From contig JAQFVV010000008.1 in the NCBI GenBank assembly GCA_028023455.1, forward strand, positions 186,001 through 250,000: a stretch of 64,000 nt of DNA, read 5' to 3'. The position numbers were made by a program, and so were the translations under genes. Below, piece by piece: positions 26,261-38,562 of the stretch; the first letter of the stretch is position 1, and each line of letters starts with the position of its first letter. The notes under the pieces are model-generated. The model was not told where the DNA came from, did no database searches, and was given only the letters and a program-made list of their open reading frames with translations. This stretch comes from Epiperipatus broadwayi (lineage: Eukaryota > Animalia > Onychophora).

Positions 26261-26513
26261 TTACAGAGAAAACTATACCTAATTATATTTAACCTACTTA
26301 TAAAAAAAAACAGGTATATTTAAAATTTTAATTTAGCTTTATTAATACTTTAATTTATTGTGTATACTTCAGAAATATAACTTGCTGGGTACATTTCTGA
26401 AGTGTACCAAACAGGCCAGGTTGTTCCAAACATGTTTTTGTTTTTTTCAAATGTTTCTCACATTTATTTATATAATATTAAAATTTTTTGATTAATTTGC
26501 ATTAAATCATTAA

Positions 26514-27411
26514 TATAGGAGTGCCTGGTATTTCAAATCTTACATATTAATTTTGCATTCTGCCCATCCCTCTTCTACGTATTTAAATGGATGCTGTCCT
26601 ATATGTGAGGGGTCAGAGTGACTTGAGGTCAACATGGGCATGACAACAATATTGGCATCAGCATAGGATTTGGGAATTCTATCATCAGATTTTTAATGGT
26701 ATGGATGGCTGAAGAGTTGAAGGTTGGAGTAGGTTGAAGCCTGTCCATTAAAGTGTAAGGATTTGCTATCTTAATATAAACTGAGCACTGATTATATATA
26801 TGTATGGGAGATGGTAATCTGGACCAACTGATAAGTGCTGGTTTAGCACAAAGACATATATTGGTGATTATTTATCTTTTCTGCATGTGTGTGGTCATGT
26901 GTATCAGTAGTATGAGATAGTGTGGACAGTGAAGGGGCTTGAAAGTCTGAGTTCAAATCTCCTATATTTACAGGTAGGTTCCAGGTATAGGAGTGCCTGG
27001 TATTTCAAATCTTATATATTAAGCCTGTATTCTGCCCATCCCTCTTCTAGGTATTTAAATAGATACTGCCCTATATGTGAGGGGTCAGATTGGCATCAGC
27101 ATGGGATTTGGAAATTCTATCATCAGATTTTCAATGGTATGGATGGCTGAAGAGTTAGAGGTTGGAATAGATTGAAGCCTTGTCCATTAAAGTGTAAGAA
27201 TTTGCTATCTTAATATAAACTGGGCACTGATTATATATATATATATGTATGGTAGATGATAATCTGGAGCAATTGATGAGTGCTGGTTTAGCAAAAAATA
27301 TGTATATTGGTGATTATTTATCTTTTCTGCATGTGTGTAGTCATGTGTATCAGTAGTATGAGATAGTGTGGATAATGAAGGGGCTTGAAATTCTGAGTTC
27401 AAGTCCCCTAT
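26514..27411 (+). mobile_element. Family-X tandem dimer (two head-to-tail units)
   Basis: TATAGGAGTGCCTGG recurs at 26514 and 26986 (472 bp). Degenerate hammerheads sit at 26828 (CTGATAA, GAAA lost) and 27273 (TTGATGA, AAAA). Flanks are ATTAAATCATTAA at 26501-26513 and ATTAAATCTTTAA at 27412-27424. Confidence 0.9.
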
Positions 27412-28293
27412 ATTAAATCTTTAAAAAAGAAACATTGTAATAAGGTCTGATGTTTGTTCTGTGTTAGTCTGCAAATTAACTGATGAACTATAAAAGTTTT
27501 TTTGTTTTTTAAGTGAATAAAATATTAGATTAAATAACTATGAGATTTTATTTAAATTTATTTACTAAATGTTAATTTGTTTGGTTTTCATATTTACAAA
27601 ATTAATTCAAGACATACATCATTATCAATGCAAGGTTTTATTATAAGCTTTTCTTGTGCATAGCTTTCATGATAAAAATGTCTTGCATTAAACTTAATTT
27701 ATTATTTGCAGCTGTACATTTCATTTTTAGTTTGGATGCTTTTATTCCTAAGACAAAATGTTTTGAAAAAAAAAACAAAAACAAATTACAAAACATTTAA
27801 ACTACAGTATAGTATTTAATGTTTTCATATCCATACTGTAGTAAAGAAAAATTGAAATCCTAAACAATGCTGACCAATAATCCGTCATGCTTATCTTGAA
27901 TTTTTGTGATGTTAATGTTCATATGTTGTATGTTTTCCTCATTTCGCTTATTTGCTTTCTGTAATCTATTCTATTACTAAATATCGTATTTTGAATCTCA
28001 CATTAAAGTTTGTTATTGTGAGAAAATAGTTTTACTTTGTGTATAGAATTTAAAAACAACAATTTTCTTAATAAAAAAAAAAAAAACATAATTTCATTTA
28101 AGTATATAGATAAATAAACTTAAAGTAATAATCTTATCATTAAATGATTTTAGAAGATATTCATATTATAGTTTCTTTATTTTTAAAGAAAGTAATTTAT
28201 TCCATTAGTAATTATTGCCAAAGATAAGGGAAAATATTAAATTTTATTAACTAATATATGAAATGTTACAAGTTTTTTTTTTTTAAGTGTCAT

Positions 28294-28375
28294 AGCATCG
28301 GCCGGGACGCGAACCCGCAACCCAGGCAACTGCCTGCAAGTGCAAGGCAGTCGCGCTGACTTCTCGACCACCAAT
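28294..28375 (-). pseudogene. tRNA-derived retrocopy or very short SINE
   Basis: Minus strand: ATTGGTGGTCGAGAAGTCAGCGCGACTGCCTTGCACTTGCAGGCAGTTGCCTGGGTTGCGGGTTCGCGTCCCGGCCGATGCTA. It has A and B boxes, a T arm and a partial acceptor stem, and is followed by an A-run rather than a T terminator. Confidence 0.7.
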
Positions 28376-29380
28376 TTTTGTTGTTGTCGTTGTTAAATAA
28401 GTAAGTTTAGTTTATAAAACAGTTCCTGATGCAGCGCTTTTCTTTATATCTTTTATTAACGCTTGGCCATTTATATGAATATACATTTTTGTTTAGCTGA
28501 AAGTTGGTTTAATAGCAATTTTTCATTCTGAAGTAACATTGTTGGTGTTGATTTATTAAATTTACTTGTAAGGAAGTAAAAAGTCAGAGATAATTGAGAT
28601 TCATTATGCTTCTTAACTTTTAAAGCAATCTCATCTTTTTTTAAAAAAAAAAAAGTTACTTCCTCATTCCATTTTGGTGTAGTTGAAATGATAATATATA
28701 TTTACCATAATTAAAATATACGTAAAAAAGATTATATAGTAGTCAAGTTTTAGTGTCAATATATTTTTATTTAATTCTTTTCATGTCTTGTGGACGTATG
28801 TAATGATAAAAGGGTAGATTATGGAACTAAAGATTCACGAATCTGTGCTGGAACTTTGTAAACTATTCGATTATTTATATACTGTCTTTTCAGTGGTATT
28901 ATTTTTTCCTAACGTATGTAGAGAAATAAAAAATATTTTGAAGTAATATAGAAAGTATTAATTATCATCGTTGATCTTTTACTTTTCAAACCAGCATTCA
29001 ACATTTTTTATCAATATTCATTTACTGAAACGATTAATCTATAGATAAAAATGACATTCGGAATTATTGCCACATAACGTAATTATTTTCATTGCAGAAT
29101 CTATATATCTAAAGATTATAAGCGCAGTTATTTCTACTGGAATGCACAAGCATAAACCTCATCTTTTATTTTTAATTAATGTTTACCACAATAAATATTA
29201 ACTATAAAAGTATTTTAAATAGTTATATTTGATTTCCATTCAGTAGCTTTAGAAATATACTATATATTATTATGGCACCATAAATTTTTAAAAAACAATT
29301 GCTGCTTTTCAGTTTTATAAGATTATTTTATTCTTAAAATTATATCAGTTCCAATCATTTGACTAAACAGAAATGTTATT

Positions 29381-29450
29381 TCACCAGCTGAGAATCAATG
29401 TAAGAATCTTTAGTTTTCAAGTTCCCTATTCTACCACTATAACAATAAAC
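29381..29450 (-). repeat. tRNA-derived SINE fragment
   Basis: Minus strand TAGTGGTAGAATAGGGAACTTGAAAACTAAAGATTC.. is tRNA-like with a decayed B box. Confidence 0.4.
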
Positions 29451-31093
29451 TACATAGGGTGTAAATTATAATGATAGTTATTATAGAAAAGATACATTTG
29501 ATAGAGGTATTTGAGTTTATACCATTCAACACCTTAATCATCTAGATGAACATGTGCAATTAACCAATATGAAATGGTACTGCTAAATAGATTTTCAGTG
29601 TGATTTCAGATTATTGAATACCCTGTAGCCATCCACCCATCATCTTATACTTTTATTATGTTATTCAAGCTAATGACTTGAATTTTGAAACATCTTAGAT
29701 TTTGAATCCGGGAATATCTTTATCTGACCTGGGATCGGAAGGTTCTAGGATTGATTTTGGCACTTCAAACTTATTATGCCTTTTTTTTTTCATGTTTAGC
29801 ATTTATATAGTTCTTGATTATATGTTGGAACTATAGCAAAAGAATTATATAAAATAGAACTAAATAACAGAAAGACCTTTAGATTATGCTTAATCTGAAC
29901 TTGATAGTTGTAAAAGTCATATTACTTCAATAAATGTGAAAGTTATATAGAGATCATAAGTTTGGATAAATAAAAATGCAATACATGAAGTTCAGCTTAT
30001 AGAAAACAAAGTATAATTATCTATGATTATTATTATTTCATATTTCAATTTAGATATGCAAAGGAACAATATATACTCATCCCTCAGAGTTTATGGTACC
30101 ATTTCAAAAAATTGAAATTCTAAGGGAAATAATTTTAAATATTTATAAAATTTTACAGTTGAAAATAAAAGCATTTCAAAATAAATCAATGAACTTTTAT
30201 TAAATTATTGCACTGTCTGACAATTTTACTTTATATGATGAAAAGGTTGTTCAGATATTTATGTATTTATTAAAACATTTTGTTTTACAAAAAAAAATAC
30301 AAATTTTTAAAAAGTAGAAAGAGAAAAAATAACTTTTATACAGAAAATTTAGATTTCTATATCCAAGTTTATTAATAATTACAATTTAATTCCCAATTTT
30401 ATAAACAGATAGTTTGACATATTTATTTTTTAATGGAAGGCATTTACAGTATACATAGGTTTATTATCATTCTGATACAAGAGCTCATTGACTTCAAGTG
30501 TATATTGCACTTTTGCCATCTTTCCAGTTTTGTTGATCCATGGCAACAAAGTAATGTGAATGAAATAAATATAATCTTGTTTCATACTATTTTTTAATAA
30601 TACTGTTCATACTTTATGAAGAGTTTTCACTTTTAATAATACCAAATTAAAGTTTGAATTTTTGAATCTTATTTTTCCAATGAATGTCGTATCATTTCTA
30701 CTGTATGATATTCAATAAAATTTCCTACTGATTCATACTTTTTTTTGGATAACTTATTACTAGAAATTTTCTCCACACAGTTATTTCACAGTATTTTTCG
30801 ATATGCCAAGATTTTTCTCATTAAACCTTTATTCTTTATCTATATTTCACATCTATACAACATCAAACAAACAATACACCTTTATTTTTATTTTTTCAAT
30901 GATTATTTTATTAAATTAAAATTAATTCATCTTACAAAAAAAAAAAAAAAAAAATAGTCATATATCACATGACTCAACTTCTTTTTTAAGCTTGCAGGAT
31001 ATAAACAAAGAGCTTTGCTAATTGCTCAACAAGCTTTGGGTTAAATGCTTAGCAATAGAAATCATTTAAAATATCTATCTGAAAACCAAGTTC

Positions 31094-31140
31094 CATCCCC
31101 TGACCATGGTTTCATGCTTTTGGCACTCCTCAGAGAGGTG
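31094..31140 (-). ncRNA. Intact minimal type I hammerhead ribozyme (GUC site, predicted cleavage between 31102 and 31101)
   Basis: CCTCT CTGAGGA GTGC CAAAA GCAT GAAA C CATG G TC AGGGG. All conserved core nucleotides are present; stem I has 5 bp, stem II 4 bp, and stem III is palindromic. Confidence 0.92.
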
Positions 31141-31520
31141 CTAGGGTAGCTTCAGATACTAGATCTAAAAACACCAACCCAAAGCCAGCATTTATTTAAG
31201 AGTTAACTATTGATGAAGTTTTCAGACACCTATATGTCTTCAAACCCAGCTATCTAACTCAAATAGCTATATGGGGCGGAGAGATTTTCAGCCAAACCAT
31301 ATATTAAAGGTCTTAGCAATATAACATTGCTTAAGGCTAAGTATCAAAGACTATATAGTCAATAAAATAAAAAATAGAGTCATATATCACATGATTCCAC
31401 TTCTTTTTTATTAAGCTTGCAGGATATAAACAAAGAGCTTTGCTAATTGCTCAACAAGCTTTGAGATAAATGCTTAGCAAGAGAAAGCATTTAAAATATC
31501 TCTATCTGAAAACCAACCCC

Positions 31521-31557
31521 CATCCCCTGACCAATGGTTTCATGCTTATGGCACTCC
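31521..31557 (-). ncRNA. Truncated family-Z hammerhead (5' core missing)
   Basis: GGA GTGC CATAA GCAT GAAA CCATTGG TC AGGGGATG; the array ends inside CTGAGGA. Confidence 0.75.
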
Positions 31558-31699
31558 ATCTAACAGTTTCAATTGCTAGATGGATTAATTTTAATTTAAT
31601 AAAATAAGCATTGAAAAAGTTGGATTTGTTGATTTTTTTTTAAATTTTACCAATACCTACAGAAAGATAAGTTGATAATATACTTTGTAAAGAAAATAA

Positions 31700-34400
31700 T
31701 CTATACAACATATTACTAAATATGTTTATGTTCAATATATTTAATTTTATTTGTAACCTGATATATTTAATTTTATAATATTATTTTTAAAAAGAAGAGA
31801 ATAGTAGATCATTAAGTGGATTTATTTCTACAATATTCTTAATTTTATATGTATCTAGTTCAATTCCATCAACTTTGATTTTTTTTTTTTTTTGACATAT
31901 TTTTCTATATACTATTTGTGTTATGTTCGTGTATAATTCACATTTCTGCACTTGCTTATTTAGCATCTTTAATATTGATTTCAACTTTTTTTCATCTTCT
32001 TTAGCAATTACTAAATGATCTTATTCCATGCTTGATATTTTTTTAAATTTTATTATTGTTCTTTCCAGTTAAAAATTGACTATTGAAGAAATTTTGTTTT
32101 TTTTGTATATGCTGTACTTTTTTTATTTTTAAATCAGTTTAATTTTTCCACATATATATATAGTGGCTTCTTTTTAATTACACCTGGGTCTCGTTTTATG
32201 CAGTAGTTTGATTCCTCAAAAAATGCGCACAAAAGAAATTGCACAAAAATAGACTTAACTTACGTTGAAAAATGGAGGATATGTTCCACTAATTTTCAGA
32301 AATCTTATAAAAGTAAAGCAACAAGGAAAAATTGCTTTAAAATTCACATTAAAAAAAATAAAGTATGACTAATAAAAAATTTCAAATATTTGAAAAAAAT
32401 TAATACAAGACAAACTTTTTTTATTAACTATAGTATTCAATTTTACATTTTTTCATACATATTTTAATCATTACCACTATTTTACAATATGAGTTCATTT
32501 GTGAACTAGTAAGAAATCAGATTCTTATCATGTTGTACAACTGGCACCACTTCCAGTCTTGTGCTGTTTCTATATTAAAAAAAATGAGATCGCAATCAAA
32601 ACAAAAAGATTATACATTATCATTAGAAAGATTATTTTTTCAGTTTAAAAAATCAATAAAATCTTCCGTTATTTGTTTTAACAATCTAAAAAATTATTTC
32701 TGTTATATCTAACAAAATACATTTTAAAAGTTTAAAATTTTTGAATATTTATTGCAATATTTTTATACGTAGGTATAATCTATTACTATTATTTACTCAT
32801 TAGTATAAGTAGGTTATTTACATAAAAGCTAAGATTCTAAATACAGCTTCAGGCCATATTCACATTAGCTGCTAATATAATGTAATATTTTTGAAAAAAA
32901 AAAATTTCAAGTCAAAATAAGTTATTAATAATTTAAATTTCTTGATATCTAATAAATATAGTAAAATATGAAAGATATTAAGAAAAAATATGAATCACAT
33001 AACTTCAAAATCGCATTAAAATAATTTGCATAAAATGAGACCCAAGTGTATATATTCCTTAAATGATTAATTAACCTATATCTGCTCCATAAGATTGAAC
33101 TATTTCAGTTTTCTTTGATCAATGTTTTCAAAGCCTTCTGAAAATTAACATTTTTTCATGTTACTTATTTTTTTACTTTTTTTGCAATGAAGTCTTTGTA
33201 AAGCTAGCTTATTTGTGTGCCGTTTTTTTATTATTATTACTATTTCAGATGTTAATCTTTTATTTAGAATATTTATTAGTAAATGATTGCTATTAATGAT
33301 GATTTTATCTATTCTTTTGAATATTGATAATTTCTCTAAACAAATTATATTAAATCTAATTCAATTTCCCTGTTTGTTTATCATTTTCAGAGCTTTTTTT
33401 TTTTCAGTTTATTATTTTATAAACTTCTTCAAAAAAAAAGTCACAAGTTAAGATATTGGCAATCTCAATAAATTCTTTTATCTACTTTTTTTTTTAATCA
33501 AAACTATTGTATATAATTTAAAACAGACTGCTCTTTCATGATTTTAAACTTTTAGTTTTTATCTTTTGTTATCTTCTGTTTTGACTACTAATTTTTATTA
33601 ATGTTTAGATCTTGTATTCTATTCTGGATTTATATTCACAATAATATTTTTCCAATGATCTAGCCATTTTAATTATCTTTCTCACTGCCTTTTTAATCTC
33701 ATTTGCACTTTACTTTTATTTCTATTTTTTAACATTTTCTTTCTTCTGGCCCAGTTTTAGTAGTTTTTGTTGTTGTTGTTATTGGTAAACTTTAATAACA
33801 GATTCCTCAAAGTTTTGTTAAGAACTTTGACTTCCAAATAACTTTTTATTTAAAAAAAAAAGATTAATATGTTTCATTTTTTGCCTTTTCTATTTAAATT
33901 ATATTTATAATATTGATCTGTTATTAATATTTTATAGATCCTGTTTTTCATTTTTTATTATTACTTTCACATATTCTTTTTGTTGGAATTGGTGTTGTTA
34001 GGCATTATATTGTATTCTAAAGCAATTTTAAAAACTTTCACTATATTGATTTTTTTTTTCCAAACTGTGTTCGCCATGATACGTTCTTAGCTCCTATTCT
34101 GCCAATCTTAGCATTTTCATCTCATCCAATAAGAGTTATAATTTTATGAAGTATATCATCATTTGTTAGTTTGATATTCTTATAAAGTTATTCTATGTAT
34201 CATCTGTATTGTTTGAATTACTGTAATATTAAAAGAATTTTCTTTGATTTTTGGCACAGTCTGTTTGGTTCTTAAATTCTATTAATACATAGCTAAGTTT
34301 TTTGTCCACCAAAAGTTGTATGCCTTTTTGTTTTTTGAATCAGTTCCAAATCAGAAGACTTTGCAAGTACTATCTCAGGCTCACAGCTCATCTTACTTTT
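31700..34400 (-). mobile_element. Decayed LINE interrupted by a Tigger-like MITE
   Basis: RT-like fragments DHLVIAKEDE..MLNKQVQKC (~31950-32030) and a KAFD-like segment (~33120); very degenerate, so limits are uncertain. Confidence 0.45.
32181..33048. mobile_element. pogo/Tigger-like non-autonomous element, copy 1
   Basis: TIR CACCTGGGTCTCGTTTTATGCA / TGCATAAAATGAGACCCAAGTG with TA flanks; colinear with 55196-56161. Confidence 0.9.
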
Positions 34401-36989
34401 TTTTTATAATAGATCTAATTTTTTAGCATTCCATAAAATTTTAACTCTGAGAAAGCATAAGATTTATTTATTTTTCTAAACTTGATCCAATTCTAATTTG
34501 TTGATACAAATTAGGGATCACATTTTTAGGGGATGTACAAGTTGGTATGAGATTCTTTATGAAATGTCTTATAGTTTATTTGAATTAGATGCAATCATGG
34601 ATTAGATTTTAATCGCATCATTCATGGCATCCTACATGAAGACTTTATGTCTGACTATAATTAGATGCATCCCCCCTCATTCCTTAAGGGAATATGGACT
34701 GTTACATATTGTGCTAAACTTTAGGGTCATGAAACAATAGTTTACCATCAACTACATCCATAAAAAAAAATTATAATTTTTATGAAATATAGTCTTGATT
34801 GATTGATTCACCTAGCAATGATAGATAATTTCAACCATCAAAGAACAAGATAATTTTCATGTGAACTCTTAAAATAATAAATAATAAAATAAATAGAGAC
34901 CTTAAAATAAATAATAAATGATTAAATAGACGAGTCAGGCATTTAAAAAGATAATTTTAAATTAGGCATTAAAGTAATAACATCTATAAAAAAAAAAATT
35001 TATTTTATTATCTTTTGATTTTTTTTTAATAAATGGTGAGGATGCATTTTGAAATGTAATAAAAGTTTTCATTGTTATTAAACTTTATTAAGAATCCTGA
35101 AAGCTTTATTTTATTTCTGTATAATTTCTATAACTATAATTTTGTTTATCAAATCTCATTACATATTCAGCTATGTTATTGCATTCATTGTTATGTTCTA
35201 TAATTTAATAAATGTATCTAATTTGCTTTTTTAAGTTTTTAATTATTTATAATGTTTGCCTTTTTACTGTCATCTGTATCATTAATATTTTCTTGATTAA
35301 TGTTCAAAATTATATCAAAAATTTTAATAGATTATATGGAATTTGTATTTTTTGATCATAATTTATCTAAATATATTTCATGTTTATAATCAATAACTTA
35401 TCTGTTTATGCTCAATCAGTATAAGTCTTTTTATACAGAAAACATTTCTGAGAAATTTTGTTACTCCCAAAAATAGGAAGATCAGAACAGTTAAAGATGA
35501 TTTGACTTGTGTGATAGATAACTGATTCATAGTTTTTTCTAAATCTTTTTTTGTTGTTGTTTTGTTTTTGTGTTAATATTTTTTCCTTGGGAAATTCTAT
35601 GAACATCATGATACTAGAAACTCCAAAAATAGCTAGGTTTTATTGTCATAATGCATTTTGATAATGTGACCCTGATTAAAATTTATGATGTTAGAAATAA
35701 ATTTTGTTAAGAAAGTGGCAAATTGACATTGATATCACTTGATATTAGTACTCAAGTACTAGTTAATCCAACCTGCTTTCAAGCTGAGGATTTGAATACA
35801 AACAGTGAATTTTAAGTTGAATTCAGTTTTAAAAAAATTAATTTATATTAAATATATAATTATATTATATGCTACAGTCTTTGACAATCTATCCTGCTAT
35901 ATGTTATTTAAATTGATGTCATTGATTGCTTCACATAATTTGACCACCATTTCTCATTATAAGAATTACAATCTCTATACCACATTACTTAGTCATTTCA
36001 CTTTTTACATATTATTTTTACTACGGTTCTTTTTTTTTTAAATTAGATGTATTCAATATATATATATGCATGAGATCTTACACACAACAAAGTAGTGAAT
36101 TAAAAAATAAAAAGAAATATTAGCATTTTCAGAATGTTTTATTTATATAAGATTATTATAGTAAAATGTATTTTTCAAAGCACCTCATTAACTATCTCAA
36201 AACTAATTTTGAACATTTAGTGCTTCTTAACAATCTTAGTTTATAATCCTGCATAATATTTTATCAGTATTATACTCTCCTCACTAACTCAAAATTCCAG
36301 TTGATATACCTTCATTATAAAATCTTTAGTAGTATTAGTTTTAACTAGATTTTGTATTATTATTTGTCTATTAATATACACTTTCACTTAGATAAGTCCC
36401 AGTATTTTCATTCTGAATATTTCAAAAGACTAATTACTTATCACTTTTTGTAGCAGTTTGTATATCACATATAATTTTATTTTATTAATTGATGTGACTT
36501 TGCTTCTTCTTTCAGACTGATAAATCATTATGTACATTGTATTTTTGTTTGCTCCCAATTACATTTTCTTTTATTCTTAAATTCAGATTAATATCATCTA
36601 GTCTTAGAAGTGATTAACAATGAATTACTGATATAATTATGTTTATCTGTATTTGATAATTATAACATAAGCTGACAAATATTTGTTTCATTTTGTTTGT
36701 TAGTTGCCATATTTTCAAATCAGACTCTTCCCCCCCCCCTTTAACATAACAATTATCATTAAGGAATATATACTACAAAAATTATTTTTTTACTAATTAC
36801 TTATTAAACTAATTCCCCCCTCCCATCATTTATCTTAATTTTGAATTTACTACCAACTTTTGTCAATTAGTTCTTGTTCTATACAATTTTGATTTCATTT
36901 TAGTTTTTAAGAATGTATCTAGTGAGAGTATTTAAAAGGAAAAACTTTGAGAAATCAGGCTTCTCATAAGTATATATATATACTGCACT

Positions 36990-37085
36990 GACTATTGTCA
37001 TTGGTAGAATAGCCTAGGTGTTACTTTTAATTCAATATTCATGAATTTCAAGATTACTGGTTCAATTGCTATGCTAGACTATCAT
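36990..37085 (+). repeat. tRNA-derived SINE fragment
   Basis: A-box-like TGGTAGAATAG and B-box-like GGTTCAATTGC. Confidence 0.35.
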
Positions 37086-38232
37086 TAGTCAAGTTAGTAA
37101 CTACTTCAAACTTTGTTTTACTTATATACTGTTATTAACAGTTGAAAAAGTATAGTTTGAATTATTCTAAAAACTATTTAATAATTCAACTAGATAATGA
37201 AAATAGACTAACATATAACTAATATTTTCTTTCCCTACTCTAGCACCATTTATTACAAGCTTAAATAATCAGCTTTTACCAGATTGTAGTCAATTTATAA
37301 TACTCATCATGTGATCAATCTCTTGTTTTTGATTTTGTCAATGAGAATGTGGGATTTAAATCTGGATCAATACTTTCAATAGATGGAACTAGAATAACAA
37401 AAGAAATACTCATTTCTAACTAAACTGAAAGAATCAATGCATTGTTTTTTGTTTAAATATAGAATCAACTCATTGTTATTCAGTAACTTTTTATAGGATA
37501 ATATCATTTTTTCTTGAACATAATGTTTTTGTAGATACATTTTTTTCAGATGGATTGATAATTTCACTTTTTAATAAAGTAAGATATAGAATTGAAGTTC
37601 TTATATATGTATTACTTTGAAATTTAGGAATATTTATAAACGTCATATAAAATTTGTAAAATATGGTTTACATGCCCTAAACATGTTATTTAGTGAGAAA
37701 CCTAGTTATCATAGTAATTCCTTTGTAGAATAGATTGAGAGGTTAAAATATCATCTGACATTATTAATAATGGAATATAGTTGTAGAATTATCAAATTCA
37801 TTTTCAAATTTGGCTGTATCTCTCTAAAAATACTTATTACTTTTTTTTTTATGATGCTTTAGGTATACCCTGATATGTTATTAGTACTTTTTTTTGCAAA
37901 CTGACTCTAAATTGATCATGGTGGGAAAGGTGCATTTTTAATTCATTAGTGTTTATAGCACGACTTAATTTTCATCCTAGCAACTGATATTTTTGTGAAT
38001 TACTGAGTAATTCACTATTTTTTTTAGTAGTATTGAACTTGTTAATTTTAATTTTTTTAAAATCTAAATTCTTTTGAATTAACTAGAATTTGCAATGATA
38101 TAGGTACCTCTTGATTTAATTGTAAAATAAAACTTTTATTTAAAAAAAACAATCAAACAAAACATAATATTTTTGAGAATTTAATTTATTTATGATTTTT
38201 TATAACTGATCAAATTTTATTTTGTTTTTCAG

Positions 38233-38334
38233 GTTTTTGATAATGCCATGGTTGCAGCTGGTTTGATTGAAGATCCTAGGACAATTGTAAACCAGTTAAA
38301 TCAATTACTAACACAAGTACTTCAGAAATTATGA
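38233..38334 (+). CDS. TRAP1: Last coding exon of mitochondrial HSP90 (TRAP1/Hsp75)
   Basis: Acceptor TTTGTTTTTCAG, then VFDNAMVAAGLIEDPRTIVNQLNQLLTQVLQKL*, matching the TRAP1 C-terminus (human [33 protein letters not shown]). Missing from the ORF track because it is short. Confidence 0.9.
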   Translation, partial: VFDNAMVAAGLIEDPRTIVNQLNQLLTQVLQKL

Positions 38335-38542
38335 AGCATAATTTTTACTGCCACTTGATCTATTTCACAATTTTTTTTTTTTAAATGTGCATAGCATAGA
38401 TTATTTTTCCAAATCTTACTAACCATTTGTTGAGCTATGGATATGGATGCAAAAATTTTTGATTCACATTAGGAATTGATAACCTTATGCAAAAAAGAAA
38501 ATAATCTGAAGTTAATAGTGCTGTAAAATATTTGAAAAAAGA

Positions 38543-38562
38543 AATAAAATATTTACAATAAA
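38543..38562 (+). terminator. Candidate TRAP1 polyadenylation signals
   Basis: Two AATAAA hexamers (38543 and 38557) about 210 bp after the stop codon, followed by T-rich sequence. Confidence 0.45.

Larger units (their letters stand above)
30957..31557 (-). mobile_element. Family-Z retrozyme-like array, ~1.4 units of ~425 bp
   Basis: 30957-31128 is repeated at 31379-31557 (offset 422-427 bp). Each unit carries hammerhead sequence. Weak 9 bp flank match: CATCTTACA 30928-30936 / CATCTAACA 31557-31565. Confidence 0.9.

Noticed and set aside
30070-30720. Possible Tc1/mariner end and transposase start
   Set aside because: Only one TIR-like end and no diagnostic motif could be identified.
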